Shown here piece by piece: positions 52,936-64,000 of a stretch of 64,000 nt of DNA. The notes beneath the pieces were generated by a model. That model did no database searches, was not told the DNA's origin, and was given only the letters and a program-made list of their open reading frames with translations. Location: contig NC_086097.1 of assembly GCF_963921235.1 (NCBI RefSeq), forward strand, positions 177,694,001 to 177,758,000. Reading direction: 5' to 3'. Each line of letters begins with the position of its first letter. Position 1 is the stretch's first letter. This stretch comes from Mobula hypostoma. Taxonomy: Eukaryota. The position numbers were made by a program, and so were the translations under genes.

Positions 52936-55900
52936 CCATAAGCCCGTAAGGCATAGGAGCAGAATTAGTCCACTCAGCCCATCCAGTCTGCTGTGCCGTT
53001 CCATCATGGCTAATCCTGGATCCCACTCAATCCCATACAGCTGCCTTCCTGCCATATCCATTGATGCCCTGGCCAATCAGGAAACCATCAACTTCCGCCT
53101 TAAGTATACCCACAGACTTGGCCTCCACTGCAATCTGTGGCAGAGTATACAACAGATTCACTACCCTCTACCTTTTAAAAAAAAATCGCCCTTACCGCTG
53201 TTCTAAAAGGTTGACCCTCAGTTTTGAAGCTGTCCCCTTTAGTTCTGGAACCCCCAACATAGGAAACATCCTCTCCACATCCACCCTATCTAGTCTTTTC
53301 AATATTCAGTAGGTTTCAATGAGATCCCCACATATTCTTCTAAATTCCAGTGAGTACAGGCCCAAAGCTGCCAAATGCTCCTCGTAAGTTAACCCCTTCA
53401 TTACCAGAATCATCCTCATGAACCTCCTCTGGACTCTCTCCAATGGTAATACATCCTTTCTGAAATAAAGAGCCCAAAATCATTGAGAATACTCAAAGTG
53501 CAACCTGACTAGTGTCTTATAACGACTCAGCATTGTCTTCTTAATTTTATATTCTATTCCTTCGAAATGAATGCCAACATTGCATTTGCCTTCATTGCCA
53601 CAGAATCAACCTGTAAATTAACCTTCTGGGAGTCTTGCACCTCTGATGTTTGAACCTTCTCCCCATTTTGATGATAGTCTGCACTATTGTCCTTTTCCCA
53701 AAATGCATTATCATACATTTCCAATACTATTCTATTTGCCACTTTTTTGCCCATTCTTCCAATTTGTCTTAAGTCCTGCTGCAATCGCATTGCTTCCTCA
53801 GCATATCTACCCCTCCCCCACCCATCTTTGTATCATCCACAAACTTTGCCACAAAACCATCATTTCCATTATCCAAATCATTGACAAGCAATGTGAAAAG
53901 TAGCAGTCTCAATACTGACCCCTGAGGAACACCACTAGTCACCCAGAAAAGGCCCCCTTAATTCCCATTTGCTGCTTCCTGCCTTTCAGCCATTCTGCTA
54001 TCCATGCCGGTATCTTTCCTGTAACACCACAGGATTTTATCTTGTTAAGCAGCCTCATGTGTGGCACCTCATCAAATGTCTTCTGAAAATCCAAGTAAAT
54101 GACATCCACTGCCTCTCCTTTGTCCACGCTGCTTGTTACTTCCTCAAAGAACTCTTAACCAATGGTGTTCCACAGGGGTCCGTGTTGGGGCCGCTTCTTT
54201 TTACATTGTACATCAACGATTTGGATTATGGAACAGATGGCTTTGTGGCTAAGTTTGCTGACGATACGAAGATAGGTGGAGGGGCCGGTAGTGCTGAGGA
54301 AACGGAGAGTCTGCAGAGAGACTTGGATAGATTGGAAGAATGGGCAGAGAAGTGGCAAATGAAGTACAATGTTGGAAAGTGTATGGTTATGCACTTTGGC
54401 AGAAAAAATAAACGGGCAGACTATTATTTAAATGGGGAAAGAATTCAAAGTTCTGAGATGCAACGGGACTTGGGAGTCCTCGTACAGGATACCCTTAAAG
54501 TTAACCTTCAGGTTGAGTCAGTAGTGAAGAAGGCAAATGCAATGTTGGCATTCATTTCTAGAGGAATAGAGTATTGGAGCAGGGATGTGATGTTGAGGCT
54601 CTATAAGGCGCTGGTGAGACCTCACCTGGAGTACTGTGGGCAGATTTGGTCTCCTTATTTAAGAAAGGATGTGCTGACGTTGGAGAGGGTACAGAGAAGA
54701 TTCACTAGAATGATTCCGGGAATGAGAGGGTTAACATATGAGGAACGTTTGTCCGCTCTTGGACTGTATTCCTTGGAGTTTAGAAGAATGAGGGGAGACC
54801 TCATAGAAACATTTTGAATGTTGAAAGGCATAGACAGAGTGGATGTGGCAAAGTTGTTTCCCATGATGGGGGAGTCTAGTACGAGAGGGCATGACTTAAG
54901 GATTGAAGGGCGCCCATTCAGAACAGAAATGTAAAGAAATTTTTTTAGTCAGAGGGTGGTGAATCTATGGAATTTGTTGCCACGGGCAGTAGTGGAGGCC
55001 AAGTCATTGGGTGTATTTAAGGCAGAGATTGATAGGTATCTGAGTAGCCAGGGCATCAAAGGTTATAGTGGGAAGGCGGGGGAGTGGGACTAAATGGGAG
55101 AATAGATCAGCTCATGATAAAATGGCGGAGCAGACTCGATGGGCCGAATGGCCGACTTCTGCTCCTTTGTCTTGTGGTCTTAACAGATTTAACAGGCAAG
55201 ATTTCCCTTTACAGAAACCATGCTGACTTTGACTTATTTTATCATTAGTCTACAAGTACCTCTAAAACCTCATCCTTAATAATAGAAATTTCCCTTTCTT
55301 TTGCCTTCCTCCCTTAAAGAGTGGAGTGACATTTGCAATCTTCCAGTCCGCAGGGACCATGCCAGAACCACATGAACCTTGAAAGATCATGACCAATACA
55401 ACCATCATCTCTTCAGCAACCTCTCTCAGGACTCTGGAATGTTGTCCACCTGGTCCAGGTGACTTCGCCAAGCACTTTTTCCTTTGTAATAGCAATGGCA
55501 CTCCCTGTTGCTCTGTGGCACTCATGGTCCTCTGGCACACTGCTAGTGTCTTCCACAGTGAAGACTGGTGCAAAGTACCCACTAAGTTGATCTGCCATTT
55601 CTTTGACCCCCATTACTACCTCATCAGTATGATTTTCCAATGGTCCAATATCAACTCTCACCTCCCTTTTGCTCTTTATATAACTAAAAAACCTTCTGGT
55701 ATCCTGTTTTATATTATTGGCTAGTTTGCCCTTATATTTCACCGTTTCCCTTGTTATAGCTTTTTTAGTTGCCTTTTGCAGGATTTTAAAAGCTTCCCAA
55801 TGATCCATCTTTCTGCTCACCTTTGCTACCTTATTTGTCCTTTCCCTGGCTTTTATTCAGTCCTTAACTTCCCTTGTCAGCCATAGTTGCCTACCTCTGT

Positions 55901-56613
55901 TATTTAGAACAACTACTTCAGTGGGACGTATCCATCCTGCGCCTTGTGAGCTTTTCCCCAGAAACTTCAGCCATCTCTGTTCTGTCATCATCCCCGCCAG
56001 TATCCTCCTCCAATCTACCTGGGCAAGCTCCTCTCTCATGCGATGCTGATGCATGTGACTTGTGCTTCTCCCTCTCAAATTGAATTCAATCATATTATAA
56101 TCACTGTCTCCTAAGGATTCCTTTACATTAAGCTCTCTAATTAGACCTGGATTATGAAACAACACCCAATCGAAGATGGCCTTTCCCCAAGTAGGCTCAA
56201 GCACAAGCTGCTCTAAAAAGCTATCTCACTGGCATTCAACAAATTCCCTCACTTGTGATCCAACACCAACCCGATTTTCCCAATCCCCTTGCATATTGAA
56301 ATCCCCCATTACAATTGTGTCATTACCCTTATTGCATGCATTTTCCAGCTCCCTTTGCAATCTCAACCCCATATTTTGGCTATTATTTGATTCCCATTTG
56401 ATTCCCATAATGGTTTTTTCTACCCTTGCAGTTTCTTAACTCCACCCACAAAGATTCAACATTCTCTGACCCTATGTCACCTCTTTCTAAAGATGTAGTT
56501 CCATATCATACCGACAGAGCCACACCATTGCCTATGCCTTCCTGCCTGTCCTTTCGATAGAAAATATATCCTTTGACATTAAGCTCGCAGCTATGGCCTT
56601 CGTTCAGCCTCGA
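52936..56613 (-). mobile_element. Older CR1 LINE (endonuclease to 3' tail), interrupted and degraded
   Basis: Minus-strand remnants IVMGDFN, FDWVL..ESLGDSDYN, FFSYIKSKR, DWKIANVTPLFK and VDVIYLDFQK, with a 3' tail near 52936. Confidence 0.85.
54160..55177 (+). mobile_element. Young 5'-truncated CR1 LINE inserted antisense into an older CR1
   Basis: GVPQGSVLGP, FADDTKIGG, RPHLEYC and RMRGDLIE motifs plus 3' UTR and tail. Flanked by TCTTAAC (54153-59, 55178-84). Confidence 0.9.
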
Positions 56614-57544
56614 CTCATGTCTTCAATGTTCCAGCTCCTGCTACATTTCAGTACATGACACCAGTCAGAATTCATATTCACAGTACTGCACAGGCCCCAA
56701 AGTCACCCAACTTCAGACCCTACGACGAGCTCCACGAATGGGAACATACCGTTGTGCAGGACCGTAGCTTTTGAGTGTCACTGTGGGTCAAAGATCCTGA
56801 TAAGACCCCAAATGTTAATCCTTTCATTCCCGGGATCATTCTCAGGAACCTCCCGGACCTTCTCCAATGCCAGCTCGTCAATGTTGTACACTGTATGTAG
56901 TCAGTGTGCAGTTTGTGGGCTCTCCCTGTGACTGCTTTTCCACCTGCAACCTGTTTGATCTGCAGATGATATTGTCCAGAATGTTCTTCAGAAGTCAATG
57001 AAGAGGCACAAATCTTCTGGTCACACGCACTTCATTAAATGTTCTTCATAGTAGAGGCCACATACAGCTGGCCAGCACCAGCAAGCCAAAAAAAGAGGAA
57101 AGAAAAGAACAATGAACTAAAGACTTGAGACTTCAGGGTCCCTCTTTATTCTGAAAACCAGTGTGAGTTTTCTCTGACACGAAGAGTGTGCATGACAATA
57201 TCTGGATTTACACTGCTATGACATCTCAGACTCACAAAGAAACTACTTAAGTATAGAACCAGCTATACTACAAATTACTGAAATTTCACTGAACATTTAC
57301 AAATGGGTGATCTACAAACATATAAGCAAGCATAAAGAAAGTTAAGCTACAAGAAGATACCGTTTTGGATGCTAATCCGACAATCCCAAAGATGGCCTGC
57401 TTAATAGGATGGAGTAGAGTCATACAAGTCAGATGCAGACCCTTCCACCCAACTTAACGATGCTGACCAAGATTACTATCTAAGCTAGTTTTATTTACTG
57501 AGCAAATTGGCGTGTGCAAAGAGGTAAGTTTTGAGTGGACACAC

Positions 57545-57935
57545 TAAGAAGCTGAAGGAATTCTGCAGATCAGGCAGTATCTACAGAGCAAAGTGAACAG
57601 TTGACATTTTAGGCTGACACCCTTTATCAGGACTGGAAAGAAAGAGAAGAGTTCGCCAGCTCTAGTCCCATTTTACCTACATGCCCCACCCCCTATTGTC
57701 CCCTCCATCACCTACATCCCCATTACTTGTATCTCTCCTCTCCCCCACCTTTTTATAATGGCAATCTCCTTCCCTGTACCCCCCCCCACCCCCGTTCCAG
57801 TCCTGATGAAAGGTCTCAACCTAAAATGTCAATGCTCCATTTTCCCTTTTTAGATCCTGCTTGACCCATTGTATTCCTCCAGCTCCTTTGTGTGTTGCTC
57901 CAGACTTCCATCATCTGCAGTCTTGTGTCTCCAGT
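57545..57935. mobile_element. Inverted pair of Penelope-like pLTR remnants
   Basis: Minus copy about 57545-57640 and plus copy about 57730-57935, each with CAGTC-CTGATRA..AAAA-TGTC. Confidence 0.7.
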
Positions 57936-59009
57936 ACGTTGTTGATGAACGTGATTGTCCTGAGATATGACATGGATTCAATAGGCAGAATGGCCAGTCT
58001 TTATGTGGAAGAATTATATGAAATACACCAGGTTGTGTTTTGTTAATTTCATCTGATTTCTGCCACTAGTCTTTTCTGCAAAAGTTTAATAAACCAATTA
58101 TTTAAAATTTCATAATTCAGCTATTTTACTTCTATTAGAAGCCACTATAGTTTCTCTAATAACCTGTCCTGTTGAGAAAGATTTAGATCAGATTCGCTCA
58201 GTATAAACCAGGATGAAATGAAATAGCTCATTCACGTGAAACTCTCAAAGTAAACAGTGTACATGGTAATAACAATAAATACAGCAACAAGTGCGAAACG
58301 ACAGAACAGTGGAAAGCATCCCTAATGTTTCAAGGTAGTTCCTAGAAATACTGTCAAACATAATTTAGTCTGGAGCAATATTACAGCTGGTCAATGGAGT
58401 GGGTGTTGGGGAGCAGATGTTTTCATCATTTCAGGCAAATGGCAGGGATTGGAGGCATAGAATATGAGTTGCTTTGTTATGTTGAAGCTTTACAAAACAC
58501 TGCTTTGACCTTACTTGGGGGTACTCAGTGCAGTTTTGGTCACCACACTATAGGAAGGATATGGTTGTGCTGAAGAGAGTGCAGATAAGATTCACCAGGA
58601 TGATACCAGACTTGAGGATTTTAGTTATGGAGCAACTCTGGATAGGCTGGGCTTGTTTTTCTTGGAGAAAAGGAGGTTGAAGGTGCCCTAAAGGAGGTGC
58701 AAAAGATTATGAAAGGCATGGTATAGTCAAGACCTTTTTCCTGTAGTCAGGATATCAAAAACAAAAGAGCACGGGTATGAGGTGAGAGAAAAGAATTTAA
58801 AAGGGCAAGTTTTTTTTTTACATAGAGGGTGGTTGATATCTGACACTTACCTCCAGGGAAGATGTGGAATCATTGTTTTTAATGGGACATTTGGATGGTT
58901 ACTTAAGTAGGCAAGGTGTAGTAAGATATGGACTTAATGAAGGACAGTTAGTCTAAATTGACAAAACTGTCAGTGTGGATGTACAAAAAGTCTGTGTCCA
59001 TCCTGTTAA

Positions 59010-59790
59010 ATCAGAATTATTATCACTGGAATGTGACGTGAAATTTGTTAACTTAGCAGCAGCAGTTCAATGTAATACATAATCTAGCAGGGAAGAAATA
59101 TATAATAATAATAAGTAACAATAATAATAAATAAACAAGTAAATCAATTACGTATATTGAATAGATTTTAAAAATGTGTAAGAACAGAAATACTGTATAT
59201 TAAAAAAAGTGTGGTGTCCAAGGGTTCAATGTCCATTTAGGAATCAGATGGCAGAGAAGCTGTTCCTGAGTTGCTGTGTGCCTTCAGGCTTCTGTACCTC
59301 CTACCTGATGGTAACAGTGAGAAAAGGGCATGCCCTGGGTGCTGGAGGTCCTTAATAATGGACGCTACCTTTCTGAGACACCACTCCCTGAAGATGTCCT
59401 GGGTACTTTGTAGACTAGTGCCCAAGATGGAGCTGACTAGATTTACAACCTTCTGCAGCTTCTTTCGCTCCTGTGCAATAGCCCCCCCCCCATACCAGAC
59501 AGTGATGCAGCCTGTCAGAATGCTCTCCACGGTTAGAAGATTTTGAGTGTATTTGTTGACATGCCAAATCGCTTCAAACTCCTAATAAAGTATGGTCACT
59601 GTCTTGCCTTCTTTATAGCTACATCGATATGTTGGGACCAGGTTAGATCCTCAGAGATCTTGACACCCAGGAACTTGAAGCTGCTCACTCTCTCCACTTC
59701 TGATCCCTCATGAGGATTGGTATGTGTTCCTTCATCTTACCCTTCCTGAAGTCCACAATCAGCACTTTCATCTTACTGACGTTGAGTGCC
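59010..59790 (-). mobile_element. Rex1/Babar LINE 3' fragment
   Basis: ESILTGCITVWYG..IIKDLQHPGHALFSLLPSGRRYRSL and a 3' UTR. Confidence 0.8.
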
Positions 59791-60125
59791 AGTAAATCTC
59801 TATGACTGTGAGACTGACTGTCAATGGCAACATTAGTACTTATTATCCATCCCTAATCCACCTCTGAACTGAGGAGGCAGATAATAATCAACCATTTTTG
59901 TAGGTCAGAATCAGGTTAATAGTCACAAATGTATGACGTGAAATTTGTTGTTTTGTGGCAGATACAAAATTACCATAGTTATAAACATTAATGAAAAGTG
60001 CGAGAAAAAGTACAAGATAACGTCTTGGGTTCATGGACCATTCAGAAACCCAATAGTGGAGGGGAAGAAGCTGTTCCTGAATCATTGAGAATGGGTCTTT
60101 AGGCTCCTGTACATCTTCACCTCTT

Positions 60126-60672
60126 TGGGGTGTATGGGGCATCAGGGAGGGGTAGCACTTCTGGTGGGGGAACATGTTGCGTCCTTTTCAGAGCGGTTAG
60201 TCCACCTCTGGTCCCCACCTGGCACTCAGCTCTCACCTGTGGCTCCCCGTAGCTATTTGCATGTGACAGCGGCCACACCCCGGTCAACAGCTTCGACAAG
60301 CCAGCTAAACCAGGTGAGGGTAGCCGACGGGTCCCAAACCCTCAGTGTGATAGGGAGCTGTCTATCCCAGCATGTGAAGACAGACTCTGACGGATTGAGC
60401 GGATGAGACCAATGGAAGGTCCAACGGTCAAGAAGGCGGTCTCTGCAAGTGTTGCGGAACATGTAGAGCAGGACAAGACACAGAAGACATCCTGGTCATC
60501 CACTGCGCCTAGTCCCATCTCCAGCCAACTCGACTCTTATCTTGCCACTGGATCCAGATGGGAATTGGGAAGAGAGGGTGAGGCTGATGCTGCGCAACTC
60601 TCCCTCACTTAAATTCAAATCATGCACTAGTCATGGTGTCGAGTCCTCATCGACGTCGACGATGGACAAACA
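60126..60672 (+). mobile_element. Non-autonomous short retroelement, probably derived from an RTE-clade LINE, inserted in a minus-strand Rex1 remnant
   Basis: Flanked by an 8-bp direct repeat CACCTCTT (60118-25, 60673-80). No RT ORF. The 5' end coincides with ribozyme G1, and the 3' end has a palindromic CATCGACGTCGACGATG followed by a short A/C tail. The RTE assignment is inferred from resemblance. Confidence 0.65.
60127..60320 (+). ncRNA. HDV-like self-cleaving ribozyme (nested double pseudoknot) at the 5' end of a short retroelement
   Basis: P1 GGGGTGT(60127-33)/ACACCCC(60275-81); P2 CTCTCACCTG(60230-39)/CAGGTGAGGG(60311-20); P3 GGC(60241-43)/GCC(60272-74); L3 starts TCC; P1.1 CC(60245-46)/GG(60282-83); P4 core GCTT-CGAC-AAGC; J4/2 G-C-T-A-A with putative catalytic C60305. 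All elements occur in canonical HDV order. Confidence 0.75.
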
Positions 60673-61311
60673 CACCTCTTCCCCAAAGCAAAGAGGGCAT
60701 GTCCTCGGTGGCGAGGGTCTTTCATGATGGATACTGTCTTCTTGAAGCACTGCCTTTTGAAGATGTTCTTGATGGTGGGGAGGGTTGTGCTTGTGATCAG
60801 TCTGGCTGAGTCTACAGCCCTCTGCAGCCTCTTGCAATCTTGTACATTGGAGGCTTCACACCAGACTGTGATGCAAGCAGTCTTAATGCCATCCAGACTC
60901 CTGAATCTTTGGATTCACTTTGAGGCCAGACTAGGCAGATTACTTTCCTATAGTGAACGAGAAGTATCTTTACCGCCGTCCTACCATGTCAGTCACTGAG
61001 TTTGTTACTTTAAACAAAAAGATCCAGGTTCAATTACCTGAATTTAAATTCTCTAGCTACATACCAGAACTGGAACCCATGCCCCTGGATCATGAAGGGA
61101 GGGGTAAGTGATTTACAGAGATCAGAAGCTTAAAATTGTAATCTAAATCTCACGGGTAATGGTAATTGAACGCACGGCCACAGCCGATGGAGATACATGT
61201 ACAGGGATTATCAAGAGGCCAGAAATGTTATTCCATCCTTCTGGACTGTATCTGAACTCAGGTTGCATTGGCTAAAGGTCAGTGTTTAATCCACTGGGTA
61301 GCAGAATCAGT

Positions 61312-61768
61312 TACTTACATAATAACCTGTGGACTGAGTTCTGGCATTTCACCTTGATATACATTTTGGCAGATAGTCTTAAATAACTTTTTTTTAAAAT
61401 CTGATACATCAGTTGATTATCCAACAAATCCTGGGAACAGCATAAAAAAACATGCTGTTTAATCACCAGAAATAAAATTTGTTGTTATGTTTTATGAACA
61501 ATTAATGTGGATATGCAGTGAGTTCACGAAAAAAGAATGGGAAGGTTGAGGATGAGGCATCTTTGCAAAGTTAATTGTGATATAGTGCAAATCAGCCAGC
61601 AAATTGTGGGGTTGCACAACATTCCCACCACATCTCTCAGTCCCCAGTATTTGGTGGATAATCAACTGATGTGTCAGATTTTTTTTAAAAAAGTGATTTA
61701 AGACTATCTGCCAAAATGTATATCAAGGTGAAATGCCACAAATCAGTCCACGGGTTATTATGTAAGTA
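61312..61768. mobile_element. Foldback/MITE-like element with ~125-bp terminal inverted repeats
   Basis: Arms 61312-61435 and 61643-61768 are strongly complementary (TACTTACATAATAACC..ATTATCC), with a ~205-bp spacer and TA at both outer ends. Confidence 0.8.
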
Positions 61769-62739
61769 CAGTAATTAATGCATTGCCAGTCTTGCATTAT
61801 ATACCTTAATCCAATTCCTGTAGGGTAGCAATTTTAAAAATGTGAAATATGAGATTTTTTTTTCAAAAATTTTTCTGAGTGTATATTTTCTTTAATTTAT
61901 TTTAAATCAGTTTCTTTCACTCTGTAATCCTCTTCCTATGTCCTAATTCAACTGATTTCCTTGCTCCTCATTCCTGGAATCACAGAATGGTCACACCACA
62001 TTCGGCCCATCATGTCATCTCGAGCACAATCCATTCAGTCCCATTCCTCCACTCTTTCTCCCTTGTAATGTAGATCCCAATTCCCTTTGCAAAGCTCTGG
62101 TTAATTACTATAGGCAGTGAATTCCAGCTCCTAGCCAGTCCCTAACTATTGAAGAAATGCTTTCCTTCTCATTTTTCCATTTTTCTGTCACCCAGTCATA
62201 AAATCATATGTCATGGAGAGTGGTCCATATATGGAACAAGCTATCAGAGGAAGTGGCAGAGTTGAATACAATTACAATGTATAAAAGACACAAATGGAAT
62301 GGACCAAATGTGGGCAAATGGAGCTAGTGCAGCTTGGCACCTTAGTCAGCATGGACGAGTTGGGCCGAAGGGCTCTACGTCTTTATGCAATAGCCACCAC
62401 TAAGTTTGAAATACGAAGTCCCCCTCACTTTAATTCTGAGCTCAAAACTAGACTCCCTTGCCCTGAGAAAGGGGCTTTGACTATCTCTCCTATCTGTGCC
62501 TTTATGATTTTATAAGGCTCCATAAAGTCATCCATCAGCCTCCTACATTTCAGTGAGAATAGACACAGCCTCTCCAACATTCCCTTATTAACTACAGCCC
62601 TCCAGGCAACGTCCTGCTGAATCTTTTCTGCACCCTCTCTACTGCTACCAGATCTTTGAAGCAACTGCTAATGAAGCAGTCTGTCCTTGCGATGGTCTGA
62701 TTCCGAATGTGCATGCTCCTGTCTACTTCGACAGTGCCA

Positions 62740-63460
62740 TGGTTGAGTGGGTTCCTAGGTGTGAACAACCCCAATAGCCTGACCTGACCCAACCACATTG
62801 ATGTCACAGCCAAGAAAGCTCACCCACACCTCTATTTCATCAGAAGGCTAAAGAAATTTGGCTTGTCTCTTAAAATTGACTCATCAATTCCTATTGAGGC
62901 ACCAGAGAAAACATTCTGTCTGGATGCATATGGCAACTGCTCTGCACGTGACCACAAGAAACTACAGAGAGTGGTTGATAGGGCTGAACACATCATAGGA
63001 ACCAGCCTCACCTCTATGGACCCAGTTTAGGGTTCTTCCTGCCATAGTAAAGCAGCCAGCATTATTAAAGACTGTACGCACCCTGGACATTCTCCCTTCT
63101 CCTCTCTCCCATTGGGCTGAAGATACAGAAATCTAAAAGCTCATACCACCAGACTCAAGAACCACTTCTATCCCACTGTTGTCAGATTCTTGAACTGACC
63201 TTGTACGATAAGATGGACTCTTGGCCTCACAGTCTACCTTGTTATGATCTTGCACTTCATCATTTACCTGTACTGCACACTTTCGGTAGCTTTTGCACTT
63301 TATTCTACATTGCTATTGTTTTACCTTACTCTAGCTTCTTATATGGTTATATATGGTCATATAGCTCAATACACTATGTAGTGACTTGATCTGTATGAAC
63401 AACATGCAAGGCAAGCTTTCCACTGTATCTTGTTACATATGATAATGATCCATTACCAAT
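62740..63460 (+). mobile_element. Rex1/Babar LINE 3' fragment
   Basis: Same C-terminal and 3' UTR motifs as the other Rex1-like copies (e.g. 1930-2300, 31590-32100, 37620-37925). Confidence 0.65.
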
Positions 63461-64000
63461 TATTCCTTCTCAATCTTCAGTCCCACCAGTTAGGGACATT
63501 ATTTGTTGACAAAACAGGTATCCCCAAAATATATAAATTATTAATGACTTTCAATCCCAGCAGGTACCTATAATTGGAGCCTTGGGTGGAGCTGTCTGCT
63601 ACAAAATTTTAAAACAGACATAGTTCATATTTTTCAGAGTTCACTATTAAGAGCATGGGGGATACAGGATTAACTGGTTGGAAGTTCCACTGATCAGGTA
63701 GAGGCACAATGGACTGAATTATCTCTTTCTACGATGTGGAATGGTAAAACAAATTTGAGTATCAACTCTGTGACCCCCTGAGTTTGGACCAGTGGGTGGT
63801 GGGGATCTCATTGAAACGTACAGAATATCTAAAGGCCTGGATAGAATGGACATGGGAGTAATTTACTTCAGCAGGAGAGTCTAGGATTTCAGAGTACAGC
63901 ATCAGAATAAGGGGACATCTCTTTAGAACTAAGATGAGGAGGAATTTCTTCAGCTAGAGGGTGGTGAATTTATGAGATTTGTTGTTGGCTGTTGGGGCTA

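Noticed and set aside
52612..52949. Pro/Ser-rich (extensin-like) ORFs
   Set aside because: Translation of a C-rich low-complexity tract.
53969..54817. 282-aa ORF as a novel gene
   Set aside because: Chimera of antisense old CR1 sequence and the RT of the inserted young CR1; no independent gene evidence.
1..64000. Prokaryotic systems (CRISPR arrays, operons, defence islands) or non-retroviral endogenous virus genes
   Set aside because: No spaced direct-repeat arrays, dense ORF packing or recognisable viral hallmark proteins; the sequence is vertebrate intronic/intergenic DNA.

Overview
Repeat-dense vertebrate genomic DNA, not prokaryotic. The repeat families suggest a cartilaginous fish, probably a ray (inference). 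One host gene is supportable: the large terminal coding exon of a GalNAc-4-O-sulfotransferase (CHST9-like, + strand, 47545-48615), with a candidate 32-nt upstream micro-exon. Most of the first 47 kb is probably intron of that gene. The rest is mostly transposon debris: CR1 and Rex1/Babar LINEs, tRNA-derived SINEs, Penelope-like remnants, two Buster/Charlie-type hAT copies, an internally deleted Gypsy LTR element and several MITEs. The most interesting signal is RNA structure. A ~545-bp TSD-flanked non-coding element (60127-60672) starts at G1 of what folds by eye into a complete HDV-like ribozyme with an unusually extended L3 loop. Many Penelope pLTR copies carry decayed minimal hammerhead motifs. 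There is also a near-perfect 60-bp hairpin insertion with a 14-bp TSD, a ~125-bp-arm foldback element and a multi-level nested TE cluster at 24.3-30.6 kb. All family calls come from motif recognition by eye; no searches were run.
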